A DNA stretch of 60,055 nt from Chloroflexota bacterium (GTDB lineage Bacteria > Chloroflexota > Dehalococcoidia > SM23-28-2 > RBG-16-64-32), in contig JACZRQ010000003.1 in the NCBI GenBank assembly GCA_022574655.1, positions 1-60,055 on the forward strand, in the 5' to 3' direction. A model generated the notes under the pieces. It made no database searches. It saw only the letters and a list, made by a program, of their open reading frames with translations, and was not told where the DNA came from. The first letter of the stretch is position 1; the number at the start of each line of letters is the position of its first letter. The position numbers and the translations under genes were made by a program. Below are positions 29,640-39,642 of this stretch, in pieces.

Positions 29640-31402
29640 GCGGTAACGATGTGCACGTCAACAGCGCTTTGGAAGCAGCCAACATGCTTGTGCACCGCTG
29701 GCCCGTTATCGTCGCCGCGACGTTCTCGATCGTGCTGTTTACAGGTGCGATCCTGCTCCGGCCGATCGTCATACAACGCGCCATCGACGATGGTCTCATA
29801 GGCGGCGACCGACAGACCCTGCTGATAGCTACGATCGTTTTCGGCGCGTTGGCGCTTTCTGTCTACGTCTTTCAGGCGGCCAGCACGTACACCACCGCAT
29901 GGTTGGGCCAGCGCTTTATGCGTGACCTCCGAGTCCGCTTATTCTCACACTACCAGCGGCTCTCCATGTCCTTCTTCGACCGGGAGAACTCAGGCCGTCT
30001 TGTCTCCCGTATGACGGCAGACATGAATGCCCTGACGGACGTGTTGAACAACGGTTTTCTCATCGTCATTCAATCCGCTCTTATTTTGTTAGGAACCGTC
30101 ATAATCATGTTCGCGCTGAGCTGGCAACTATCGCTCGTCACTCTCGTGATCTTTCCGCCGCTCCTAATCGGCACAGCAATGTTCAGGATCTACTCGGCGC
30201 GAGCCTATGAAGTCGTTCGTGATCGCATCGCCGACGTTCTTATTCACATGCAGGAGACCTTCGCTGGGATGCGTGTCGTCAAGGCGTACGGCCGCGAGCC
30301 GTACAACATGGAGCGATTCGGTGCGATCAACGAAGACAACTTCGAGGCTAACATCCGCACAGTCCGAATCTCTTCGATGTACATACCCCTTATTGAATGG
30401 CTCGGCGGCTTCGGAATCGGCATCATCCTCTACTTCGGTGGACGCTGGGTCATCGGCGACGCCGTTACCGTTGGCACGGTCGCTGCGTTTATCTTCTACC
30501 TCGACTTCATCTTTCAGCCTATCCAGCGACTCTCGCAGGTGTATGACATGCTGCAGAGCGCGCTTGCGGCGCTGAACAAGATCTTCAGCCTGCTCGCCGT
30601 GGAGCCGGAACTGAGAGATCCTGAGCGCCCCCTCGATCTGGCTGGCCCCAGACGCGGCGCGATCGAGTTCGATCGCGTTACTTTCGGTTACGATCCGGGC
30701 AGGCCGGTCCTGCACGAGGTAAGCTTCCAAATCGAGCCGGGCCAACGCGTCGCTCTGGTAGGAGCAACCGGCGCCGGTAAGTCTACAATTGCAAAACTTG
30801 CGTTGCGCTTCTACGACCCAACATCGGGACGGATTCTTCTCGATTCCCGGGATCTACGCGACCTGCGCTTCGCTGACCTGCGTAGTGTGGTTACGCTTGT
30901 CCCCCAGGAGGGCTTCCTCTTCTCGGGCACGATTCGCGAGAACATTCTCTTCGGCAGACCAGACGCTAGCGAAGAGGATGTGATTCGTTCCTGCCGTGTC
31001 CTCGGCATTCACGAGTTCATTCAGGCGCTTCCGGATGGCTACGACACGGCAGTCAGCTATCGCGGCTCTCGCCTCTCGGCCGGAGAGAAGCAACTTGTCT
31101 CTCTCGCCCGCGCATTTCTTGCCGACCCGCCCGTCCTCATCCTCGACGAAGCGACGTCCAGCCTTGACCCTCACACTGAGGCACTCGTTGAAGACGCAAT
31201 GGCTCGCCTCTATGCCGATCGGACTACTATAGTCGTCGCGCACCGCCTTAGTACGGCGGAGCATGCCGATCGCGTCCTCGTAATCGACGACGGTAGACTC
31301 GTCGAGGATGGGCATCACCGTGAATTGGTTCGTCGTGAGGGCGCGTACGCCGCTCTCTACGGCAAATGGGCGCCCGAACCCGCTTCTTCCGACGTAGCCT
31401 GA
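29636..31402 (+). CDS. ABC exporter fused TMD+NBD, partner subunit
   Basis: GATGAGKS, degenerate signature LSAGE, LDEATS, AHRLST; ATGA overlap with the previous gene. TM287/288-type asymmetric pair. Confidence 0.92.
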   Translation: MSGNDVHVNSALEAANMLVHRWPVIVAATFSIVLFTGAILLRPIVIQRAIDDGLIGGDRQTLLIATIVFGALALSVYVFQAASTYTTAWLGQRFMRDLRVRLFSHYQRLSMSFFDRENSGRLVSRMTADMNALTDVLNNGFLIVIQSALILLGTVIIMFALSWQLSLVTLVIFPPLLIGTAMFRIYSARAYEVVRDRIADVLIHMQETFAGMRVVKAYGREPYNMERFGAINEDNFEANIRTVRISSMYIPLIEWLGGFGIGIILYFGGRWVIGDAVTVGTVAAFIFYLDFIFQPIQRLSQVYDMLQSALAALNKIFSLLAVEPELRDPERPLDLAGPRRGAIEFDRVTFGYDPGRPVLHEVSFQIEPGQRVALVGATGAGKSTIAKLALRFYDPTSGRILLDSRDLRDLRFADLRSVVTLVPQEGFLFSGTIRENILFGRPDASEEDVIRSCRVLGIHEFIQALPDGYDTAVSYRGSRLSAGEKQLVSLARAFLADPPVLILDEATSSLDPHTEALVEDAMARLYADRTTIVVAHRLSTAEHADRVLVIDDGRLVEDGHHRELVRREGAYAALYGKWAPEPASSDVA

Positions 31403-31453
31403 CTCGTCTGTGTCACGCAGACCGTCGGCGATGCCGGTCTCCTTCGGGGTCGG

Positions 31454-32224
31454 CTACGACCAACTCCCGAGCGGATCCAGGAACGTCGCGACGGCCTCGT
31501 TGAACTTCTTCGGCTGATCGATGTTGGCTGCGTGACCGGCGTCCGGGATCACAACCTTTGTAGCGCCCGGAATCTTCGCAGCCATGAAGTCCGTCGCCGC
31601 GATAAACGGCGTATCGCGCTCGCCGATCAGTACTAGCGTTGGCACCCCAATTTCTGCCATAGAATCGATAACACTTGAGTCGAACTGCTTGAGCATCCCA
31701 CGCGCCGAGTGCGCCAAGCCTTGAGCCGACCTGTGCCGGCTCATCCTCACTTCCTGGCCACCCTTCTCCACGGATGCCAGACCGTTCTTCTCGAACGAAA
31801 GTGCGCGTCTCTCCGCTCGGTCGTTCCACGCCTCTCGACCGTCCGGGTTTCGATAGCCGGGACCAGTGTCGAACAACAGGAGGCCGTGAACGCGTTCGGG
31901 ATGTGTGCGATGGAACGCCAACGACATGTACCCGCCGAGCGACAAGCCGCCCACAACAGCCTTCGAGACCTTCACCTCGTCCAGGATCGCTGCCATGTCC
32001 GCGAGCGTCTCTGCCTCGGAGTAGAGCGTCGCGTCCGCCGGGCTGTCACTTTCGCCGTGCCCGAGCATGTCCCAGGTGATCAAACGATAGCGATCAGCGA
32101 ACTCCGCTACCTGTCCGCCCCACATCGCAGATGTCGCTCCATAGCCGTGGGATAGAAGGATAGGGGGGCCTGAACCATTGTCTTCGTAGTAGATTCGGAC
32201 GCTGCTTCGCTCGATGTATGGCAT
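31454..32224 (-). CDS. Alpha/beta-fold hydrolase
   Basis: LSHG, WDMLGHGES, nucleophile GLSLGG, GERD, AGH. Confidence 0.9.
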   Translation of the reverse strand: MPYIERSSVRIYYEDNGSGPPILLSHGYGATSAMWGGQVAEFADRYRLITWDMLGHGESDSPADATLYSEAETLADMAAILDEVKVSKAVVGGLSLGGYMSLAFHRTHPERVHGLLLFDTGPGYRNPDGREAWNDRAERRALSFEKNGLASVEKGGQEVRMSRHRSAQGLAHSARGMLKQFDSSVIDSMAEIGVPTLVLIGERDTPFIAATDFMAAKIPGATKVVIPDAGHAANIDQPKKFNEAVATFLDPLGSWS

Positions 32225-32330
32225 CGTTTGACCTCACATTCTCGTAATGAACATTAGCCCGCCAAACCCGAACGCGATAGTGCGGCGATGGCGCGGCTAT
32301 TGTCCACAGTGGGAGAATAACGTAGTTTTG

Positions 32331-32939
32331 ATGTCCACCAGCGCGATAGTCCTCGCAGGCGGAAAGGGCCGCCGACTCGGTGTTAAGAAGCACTTGCTCG
32401 AGATCGGCGGTCGTTCTCTGTTGGAGATAGTCGTCGCCCGGGTTTCCGTTGTTTCCGGCGACGTGATCGTAGTGGCATCGCCCGCCGATACGATCAGCAT
32501 CCGGTTTCGCGGGATAAAGGTCGTTTCGGACGTCGTGCCGGGGAGAGGCCCGCTTTCCGGCCTTCACGCTGGGCTGCGTGTCGCTAAGTTCGATCGAGCG
32601 CTGCTGGTCGGGTGTGACATGCCCTTCTTGAGCACGGAACTACTGCACCACCTGGTCGAAACGGCCACGGATTCGGACGCAGTCGTCCCCCAGATCGCCA
32701 ATGATCTGGAACCCCTGCTCGCGGTCTACTCGCGAGCGTGCCTACCCATAGTTGAGGTCTTGCTCAACCGAGAGGACGCGAGTATGAGGGATCTCTTGGA
32801 CGACGTTCGGGTCCATCTCGTGCCGGAAGACGAGGTGCGTCAGTTCGATCCGGAAGGTCGGAGCTGGTTCAACGTCAACACACCAAGCGATGCTGATACG
32901 GCGCGTGCCCTTTGGGAGGAACTCGAGGGCGCTGATTAG
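32331..32939 (+). CDS. mobA: Molybdenum cofactor guanylyltransferase
   Basis: IVLAGGKGRRLG..K, GPLSGL, GCDMPF, EPLLAVY, FNVNTP; ATG 32331. Confidence 0.88.
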   Translation: MSTSAIVLAGGKGRRLGVKKHLLEIGGRSLLEIVVARVSVVSGDVIVVASPADTISIRFRGIKVVSDVVPGRGPLSGLHAGLRVAKFDRALLVGCDMPFLSTELLHHLVETATDSDAVVPQIANDLEPLLAVYSRACLPIVEVLLNREDASMRDLLDDVRVHLVPEDEVRQFDPEGRSWFNVNTPSDADTARALWEELEGAD

Positions 32940-32988
32940 TGTTCGTGCGCGATCGCCGCACTCCTCGGTTGTTGGATAATGTAATTAG

Positions 32989-35748
32989 ATGCTGGACAAG
33001 TACAGTGAAAAGCGGGATTTCGAGCGGACTCCGGAGCCGGCCTCCGGCGACGACTCGGTCGGCACGGGACCCCTGACCTTCGTCATCCAGAAGCACGACG
33101 CGACGCGCCTACACTACGATTTTCGCCTCGAGATCGATGGCGTTCTCAAGTCGTGGCCAATTCCTAAGGGGCCTTCGCTGGACCCAAGCGACAAGCGGCT
33201 CGCCGTCATGGTGGAGGATCACCCGATGGACTACGCCACCTTCGAGGGCGTTATCCCTAAAGGTGAGTACGGCGCCGGCGAAGTAATCGTCTGGGACGCT
33301 GGCACCTACTCACCCGATGATCACGGGCGGCTTTCCTTCCACGATCGCGGTGAGGCGAGTCAGCGTATGCGAGAGGCTCTCGAAAATGGCAAGCTTTCGG
33401 TCTTTCTGCGCGGTCAGAAACTGAAAGGCTCGTGGACTCTCGTCAAGACCAGCCGCGGCGAAAATGAATGGCTGCTGATCAAGCACAAAGATCGATTCGT
33501 CGACACGCGGGACGTCACCGAGGAAGAACACTCCGTCCTGTCCCAGCTCAGTCTCGACGACATCCGCGCCGGTCATCTACCACAACGGCGAAGTCGGCTC
33601 GGTGTCAAGCCTCAGGAACTAACGGGTGCGAAGAAGGCGCGGATTCCAAAGTCGGTCAAGCCAATGCTGGCTACGCTCACAGACAAGCCGTTCTCGTCTG
33701 ACGCTTGGCTCTTCGAACCCAAGCTCGATGGCGTTCGAGTCGTTGCCTTCCTCGACGGAAACAGCGTGCGGCTGCAGTCGCGACGGGGATTGGACGCCAC
33801 TAACAACTATCCGCTGGTCGCCGAGGACCTCAAGTCTCAGACGGAACCGCAGCTCGTACTGGATGGAGAGATTGTGGCCCACGATGAAGACGGCGTTCCC
33901 TCCTTCCAGCTCCTACAGCAGCGCATCAACCTCCAACGGGAAGCCGATATTCAACGAGCGGATTCTGAGATACCAGTTCTTTTCTACGTATTCGACCTTC
34001 TCTATGCCGGTGGGTACGACCTGCGTTCCGTCCCGCTGATCCAGCGCAAGTCACTGCTAAGTCAGATCGTGATTCCTAGCGATTGTGTGCAGATCGTTGA
34101 TCACTTCGAAGAGGACGGGAATTCGGCCTACAAGGCCGTCGTCGAACATGGACTGGAGGGGCTGATCGCAAAGAAGGTCGACAGCCTCTACGAGTCCGGA
34201 AAGCGCGCTAGCGGTTGGCTGAAGATCAAAAGTACTCTGGAGGACGAGTTCGTCGTCGGCGGCTACAGCCAGGGGCAAGGCGGCCGCGCCGGTACGTTCG
34301 GAGCGCTACTCGTAGGGCAGTACGATAAGGAAGGCAAACTTACGTATGCTGGCAAGGTCGGCACCGGATTCGACGACCGCACCTTGGAGGCGTTAAAGTC
34401 TCAGCTCGATGACCTGATGGCGGCCGTTAGTCCTTTTGCAGAAGACGCTAAGCCCGGCAGCTCTCCCTTCGGCCGACCGAAGAACACGGCTGTGACTTGG
34501 GTTCAGCCTGAGCTCGTCGCACGAGTGAAGTTCTCCCAGTGGACCGACGACAACCGCCTGCGAGCCCCTAGCTTTCTCGGCCTGCGCGAAGACAAGGATC
34601 CTAAGGAGGTGCAGCGGGCGCGTGTAGTTGCTGCGCCGGTTGCCGCCGTATCCACACCGCCGGCTCGCGCCCGACGGAAAGATGCGGCGGGCGTCTTATC
34701 GCAGTTGGAGCAGGGGCTTGACGAATTCACCTTGAAGGTCGGTCGACACAAAGTTCCGGTGACTAACCTGAGCAAGGAACTTTGGCCAGCCATGACGAAT
34801 CAGCGAGCGCTCACCAAACGCGATCTGCTTGTCTATTTGGCGCGTGTGTCGCCGTATCTACTCCCTCACCTGAAGGATCGGCCACTGACGCTCACACGCT
34901 ACCCGAACGGAATAACCGAAAAACACTTCTACCAGAAGCACTGGGAGGGGAAGCTACCCGCGTTCGTGGACACGGTGGCGCTGTACTCCAGCCACAATGA
35001 GGGCGACGGCGACTATCTGATGTGTAACAACCTGCCCACGTTGCTCTGGCTCGGTCAGCTTGCCGACATCGAGCTGCATACCTGGTATTCTCGCACCGAT
35101 CCCGAGCCAGACGGTCATCACTTGCCGACGGCGTTCAGTCACTCGGACGCGGCGATTCGCAGTTCGTTACTCAACTACCCGGACTTCATCGTATTTGACC
35201 TCGATCCGTACATCTATTCAGGTGAAGAAGCGAAGGGCGAGGAACCTGAACTGAACCGCCGGGCGTTCGCCAAGACTTGTGAAGTGGCGCTGTGGCTCAA
35301 AGAGATTCTCGATTCACTTTCGCTCTCATCGTTCGTCAAAACGACGGGACGCACCGGGCTGCACATCTACGTGCCCATCCTGCGCCAGCTGGATTACGGA
35401 GCAGTGCGATCGGCCTGCGAGACTATCGGTAAGTTTCTGGTCAGGGCACACCCGCGTGACATAACAATGGAGTGGGCCGTGAACAAGCGTACCGGGAAGG
35501 TGTTTTTTGACCACAACCAGAACGTGCGAGGAAAGACGCTGGCGTCTCTCTATTCGCCGCGTCCGAGTGCCAACGGTGGCGTCTCGATGCCGATCCATTG
35601 GGATGAGGTGGGCGAGGTCTACCCGACTGACTTCACAATCCTGACCGCGCCTGCACGGCTCGAACAAACGGGCGACCTCTGGGCAGATATCCTCAAGGAG
35701 AAACACGACCTCGAGAAGCTACTTGGGTCGATAGAGAGCGAGGATTAG
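32989..35748 (+). CDS. ligD: NHEJ DNA ligase D (phosphoesterase - ligase - primase/polymerase)
   Basis: PE: KRDFERTPEP, QKHDATRLHYDFRLE, VEDHP. LIG: EPKLDG, LDGEIV, EGLIAK, WLKIK. POL: RYPNG, FDLDP, KTTGRTGLH, DHNQN. Confidence 0.95.
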   Translation: MLDKYSEKRDFERTPEPASGDDSVGTGPLTFVIQKHDATRLHYDFRLEIDGVLKSWPIPKGPSLDPSDKRLAVMVEDHPMDYATFEGVIPKGEYGAGEVIVWDAGTYSPDDHGRLSFHDRGEASQRMREALENGKLSVFLRGQKLKGSWTLVKTSRGENEWLLIKHKDRFVDTRDVTEEEHSVLSQLSLDDIRAGHLPQRRSRLGVKPQELTGAKKARIPKSVKPMLATLTDKPFSSDAWLFEPKLDGVRVVAFLDGNSVRLQSRRGLDATNNYPLVAEDLKSQTEPQLVLDGEIVAHDEDGVPSFQLLQQRINLQREADIQRADSEIPVLFYVFDLLYAGGYDLRSVPLIQRKSLLSQIVIPSDCVQIVDHFEEDGNSAYKAVVEHGLEGLIAKKVDSLYESGKRASGWLKIKSTLEDEFVVGGYSQGQGGRAGTFGALLVGQYDKEGKLTYAGKVGTGFDDRTLEALKSQLDDLMAAVSPFAEDAKPGSSPFGRPKNTAVTWVQPELVARVKFSQWTDDNRLRAPSFLGLREDKDPKEVQRARVVAAPVAAVSTPPARARRKDAAGVLSQLEQGLDEFTLKVGRHKVPVTNLSKELWPAMTNQRALTKRDLLVYLARVSPYLLPHLKDRPLTLTRYPNGITEKHFYQKHWEGKLPAFVDTVALYSSHNEGDGDYLMCNNLPTLLWLGQLADIELHTWYSRTDPEPDGHHLPTAFSHSDAAIRSSLLNYPDFIVFDLDPYIYSGEEAKGEEPELNRRAFAKTCEVALWLKEILDSLSLSSFVKTTGRTGLHIYVPILRQLDYGAVRSACETIGKFLVRAHPRDITMEWAVNKRTGKVFFDHNQNVRGKTLASLYSPRPSANGGVSMPIHWDEVGEVYPTDFTILTAPARLEQTGDLWADILKEKHDLEKLLGSIESED

Positions 35749-35750
35749 TG

Positions 35751-36896
35751 TTAGTCGAGGCTCCTCAGCCGGCATGTCTCTGGCGGGACATCTGGACGGA
35801 GCGTGTGGAATACCGCAAATTGTAATCTGCCCTCATCGGTCCACTCAGAGTAGCGGACGCTTGCCGTCTGTTCGGGCCGGCACCAGAACACGAGCTTCTC
35901 AACTGCTGGTGGCGCATAGAATGGGCATTTCGGGTCGGTTAGCGACTCGAGGAGTTGGACATGAGCATCCTCTGTGGAGAACGCGCCTGACGCCTCTCCA
36001 ACGTAGTGAAGAGCACCATCCTCGTCGTAAAGTCCTAGGAGCACCGACTCGATTGGCCCCCGGTGCTTCGCCGCCCGTTTACCGCGCCACGGACCGCCGA
36101 ACGTAAATCCCGCCACCACGAACGTTCGTCTGTTGTAGGCCGGGATCTTCAGCCAGGAGCTGGACGCTCGCCCGGGCGAATAGTAACCATCGATCTCCTT
36201 GGCGATGATCCCACCGAGGCCGTGCTGTCGGGCCGCCTCAAAGAGTTCGGTGCCGTCCGTCTCCACGAACTCAGGCACCGTGATACGGTTGCTCGGCCGC
36301 ACGGCTCCAAGTAGCATCTCCTTGCGGCGGCCCAGCGTGTAGGACATCACGGACCTGCCGTCTTGGTAGAGGATATCGAACGCCTGAAACACCAGGTGAG
36401 GAGCAGTCGCGGCGATGTCAATCGCTAGTGGTTCACTCAGGAGTCTCGGCAACAAGGCGTTGAAGCTTGGCTTGTCTTCATCGTTCAGCGCCACGATGAC
36501 TCCGTCCAATGCTGTGCCACCGCGCGACACTCCCTGGTGAAGCCGACCGAGTTCGGGGAAACGATCGGTCACATCTCTGCCGAACGCGTCCTGGATTCGG
36601 ACAGACCTGCCCTCGACGAAGACGATCGCTCGCAGCCCCTCCCAGAGTAGCTCGAAGATATGTGACTCAGAATCGAACGGCTCAGAGGGTCCGGCAGCCA
36701 ACATCGGCGGCATCGTCTTTGGTAGAGTGGGCGGTCGTGAAGAAACCCGCATCGAGCCTTCGTCTGTCCTGGAGTTGCGAGCATTCATCTCGTGGATCGG
36801 TTCTCTTGTCGGATTAGACCGAGTGACATCTGCGGCGAGAGTATCGCTCGCTTCGCCTGAAGTCCAGTTATGCTGTCTAACCGAACTCTGACTCAC
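35751..36896 (-). CDS. ATP-dependent DNA ligase-like protein (adenylation + OB domains) with catalytic residues substituted; predicted pseudo-ligase
   Basis: Colinear with the LigD ligase domain (PMLA, AFDIL, RRKEML, Y.PG, LLGLYD, W.RPE, LRPD), but motif I is FELLWEGLR, III is LDGVIV, IV is GGIIAK and V is WLKIP. Start is GTG 36896 or ATG 36752. Confidence 0.8.
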   Translation of the reverse strand: MSQSSVRQHNWTSGEASDTLAADVTRSNPTREPIHEMNARNSRTDEGSMRVSSRPPTLPKTMPPMLAAGPSEPFDSESHIFELLWEGLRAIVFVEGRSVRIQDAFGRDVTDRFPELGRLHQGVSRGGTALDGVIVALNDEDKPSFNALLPRLLSEPLAIDIAATAPHLVFQAFDILYQDGRSVMSYTLGRRKEMLLGAVRPSNRITVPEFVETDGTELFEAARQHGLGGIIAKEIDGYYSPGRASSSWLKIPAYNRRTFVVAGFTFGGPWRGKRAAKHRGPIESVLLGLYDEDGALHYVGEASGAFSTEDAHVQLLESLTDPKCPFYAPPAVEKLVFWCRPEQTASVRYSEWTDEGRLQFAVFHTLRPDVPPETCRLRSLD

Positions 36897-37291
36897 CTGT
36901 AACCCTCGCCTAACCAGCCATCAATCGGGATAGTTTAGGATACCAATGCGCGCCCTGAGTCTCATTCGCCGCACCCCCGCGGAGCAGGACCAAGGTGCGC
37001 ATACTTCTCTATCCACCACACCTACTCGCGCCATCTAACGGCGCCGGTCCGTATGGATCGTTGCGCCTCGCCCCGAGATAACCTCAACGAGGTCGCGAGC
37101 GATGATATCGACGTGCGATCCGAACCGTCTGGATGACATCCGAGACCGTGACGTCGCCTCGCACTGGCGGGTATAAGATCGTCTTCTTTCGTGAGCGAAG
37201 CTCCTTTTGGAGTGGACTCCTCTGCTGCTAGTCGTAGAATGCATATGGCGTCCGACCCGAATCATCTCGACACTACCAAGGAGATTCCGTC

Positions 37292-38593
37292 TTGAAGGAA
37301 GACCCCGAGTCGAAGGAAAGCCTCACCGTAGTCGACAACCGTACCGGCCTGACATACGAGATACCTATCAAAGATCAGGCCGTCAACGCCTCCGACTTCA
37401 GGAAGATCAAAGAACACGAGAGAGACTTCGGGCTGCTCGTCTACGATCCGTCCTTCGTCAACACCGCATCATGCAGGAGTGCCATTACCTTCATCGACGG
37501 TGATCAAGGTGTCCTCGAATATCGTGGATACCCTATCGAGGAGCTCGCCAAGAAAAGCACTTTCTTGGAGACCGCTTATCTCCTGATCAAGGGAGAACTT
37601 CCCACCTCCGCCGAACTCGATGCGTGGACGAACGAAATCCGTACACACACCTATATGCACGAGAAGATGAAGATGTTCATGGAAGGCTTCCAGTACGATG
37701 CCCACCCGATGGGCATGCTGATCGCGACCGTCGCGGCGATGTCAACAATCTATCGCGACGCCAGGGACGTCACCGATCCAGAGTCGCGGGAAGCCAACAC
37801 CATTCGCCTCATCGCCAAGATGCCGACGGTGGCCGCGTTCACATACCGGCACAACCGTGGACTTCCGTACGTGTACCCGGACAACGATCTTACGTACGTC
37901 GGAAACTTCCTCTCGATGCTCTGGAAGATGGCGGAGCCCCAATACGCGCCCAGCCCAGTCCTCGAGCGAGCAATAGACGTGCTCTTCATTCTCCACGCTG
38001 ACCACGAACAGAACTGCAGCACAAACGCTATGCGCTCGGTGGGAAGTTCGGAGTCTGATCCGTACTCCTCAACCGCTGCGGCGGCCGCCGCCCTCTACGG
38101 TCCGCTGCACGGTGGAGCGAACGAGGCGGTCATCAACATGCTGAATGGCATTGGTGACAAGAAGAACATCCCGGACTTCGTTAGACGTGTTAAGGAAGGT
38201 GAGGGTCTCCTCTGGGGGTTTGGCCACCGCGTTTACAAGAACTACGATCCGCGAGCCGAGATTATCAAGCAGACGGCCGACGAAGTATTCGAGCTCACCG
38301 GGCCGAATCCCCTCCTCGAGATCGCTCTCGAACTCGAGCGCATCGCACTCGAGGATGACTACTTCATCGAGCGAAAGCTCTACCCCAACGTCGACTTCTA
38401 CTCCGGAATCATCTATCAGGCGCTTGGCTTCCCAGTCGATATGTTCCCGGCGCTCTTCGCGATTCCGCGTACGGCAGGTTGGCTGGCACAATGGAGGGAG
38501 ATGTTAGAGGACAAGGAGCGGAAGATCGCGAGGCCGCGACAGTTATTCGTCGGAGAGTCTCGGCGCCCGTACGTGCCAATGGATCAACGCTAA
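37292..38593 (+). CDS. gltA: Citrate synthase
   Basis: YRGYPIEEL, AHPM, LHADHEQNCST, GPLHGGANE, GFGHRVYKNYDPRA, YPNVDFYSG; TTG start after AAGGAG. Confidence 0.96.
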   Translation: MKEDPESKESLTVVDNRTGLTYEIPIKDQAVNASDFRKIKEHERDFGLLVYDPSFVNTASCRSAITFIDGDQGVLEYRGYPIEELAKKSTFLETAYLLIKGELPTSAELDAWTNEIRTHTYMHEKMKMFMEGFQYDAHPMGMLIATVAAMSTIYRDARDVTDPESREANTIRLIAKMPTVAAFTYRHNRGLPYVYPDNDLTYVGNFLSMLWKMAEPQYAPSPVLERAIDVLFILHADHEQNCSTNAMRSVGSSESDPYSSTAAAAAALYGPLHGGANEAVINMLNGIGDKKNIPDFVRRVKEGEGLLWGFGHRVYKNYDPRAEIIKQTADEVFELTGPNPLLEIALELERIALEDDYFIERKLYPNVDFYSGIIYQALGFPVDMFPALFAIPRTAGWLAQWREMLEDKERKIARPRQLFVGESRRPYVPMDQR

Positions 38594-38608
38594 CGACAAG
38601 GAGAACTA

Positions 38609-39484
38609 ATGACTGACCAGATGACTGGTAAGACCTGTATCGTCAGCGGAGCGAGTTCCGGGATCGGACTAGAGACAGCAGTTGGGCTGGCGAAGCTTGG
38701 CGCATTAGTCGTCATGACAAGCCGCAACCAGGCGAAGGGCGAATCGGCCCTCACCTATGTGAAGAATCGATCCGGAAGCGATAACGTTGAGTTGATGCTC
38801 GTGGACTTTGCTTCGCTGGCGTCTATTCGTGGCTTCGTTGAAGAGTTCAAGATGGGTCACGACCGGTTGGACGTCCTCGTTAATAACGCTGGCGGCATAA
38901 ACACAAGCCGCTCCGAGACCTTGGATGGCTTCGAGACCACGTTCGGCGTAAACCATCTCGGCTACTTCCTTCTCACGAACCTGCTGCTGGATATGTTGAA
39001 GACCAGCGCACCCTCACGCGTCGTCAGCGTAAGTTCGAGGGCACACTTACGCCCGAAAGGGATGAACTTCGACGACCTGAACTCGGAGCAGAGCTTCAGC
39101 GCCATGGGGTCATACGGGGAGTCGAAGCTTGCCAATGTACTCTTCACCTACGAGCTTTCGCGTCGTCTTGAGGGCACTGGCGTCACCGCGAACTGTCTGC
39201 ACCCAGGCGTCGTTCGCTCGGGTTTCGCGCAGAACAACGGCGGCCTCGTCGCCTTGGCGGTTAAGGCCTTCTACACGCTTGGGAGGCCATTCACCAAGTC
39301 CAGCGTTCAGGGCGCCCAGACGTCGATCTATCTCGCTTCGTCGCCGGAGCTCGAGGGTGTGACGGGCAAGTACTTCGATAACAGCGCGGAGACGCCGTCC
39401 AGCCGGGCCTCACACGATGAAGAAGAGCAGAGGCGGCTGTGGGAGATTAGCGAGCAAATGACCGGGCTCGTCGTTTCAGCCTAG
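38609..39484 (+). CDS. SDR oxidoreductase (retinol dehydrogenase/WWOX-like)
   Basis: GASSGIG, LVNNAG, VNHLGYF, YGESK (YxxxK), LHPGVV. Confidence 0.92.
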   Translation: MTDQMTGKTCIVSGASSGIGLETAVGLAKLGALVVMTSRNQAKGESALTYVKNRSGSDNVELMLVDFASLASIRGFVEEFKMGHDRLDVLVNNAGGINTSRSETLDGFETTFGVNHLGYFLLTNLLLDMLKTSAPSRVVSVSSRAHLRPKGMNFDDLNSEQSFSAMGSYGESKLANVLFTYELSRRLEGTGVTANCLHPGVVRSGFAQNNGGLVALAVKAFYTLGRPFTKSSVQGAQTSIYLASSPELEGVTGKYFDNSAETPSSRASHDEEEQRRLWEISEQMTGLVVSA

Positions 39485-39642
39485 TACTCTTGCCGCGCCC
39501 AAGGTTCTCGTCCGAGGTCATGAAGGGACGTCGATACACCGTCGTACTCTAACGGAACACGCCAGAAAATGCTCTAGATAAGGCGTCCCGTGTGTCAGTG
39601 CTATGATGTCAGCCGCCGGGAAAGGCACACAAGGAGGAAATC

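Noticed and set aside
36897-37291. Short ORFs and a weak ATGCGCGCC/GGTGCGCAT stem between the pseudo-ligase and gltA; also checked for a ku remnant
   Set aside because: No Ku-like sequence in the frames I read, the ORFs lack RBS or motifs, and the stem is plausible by chance at this GC content.
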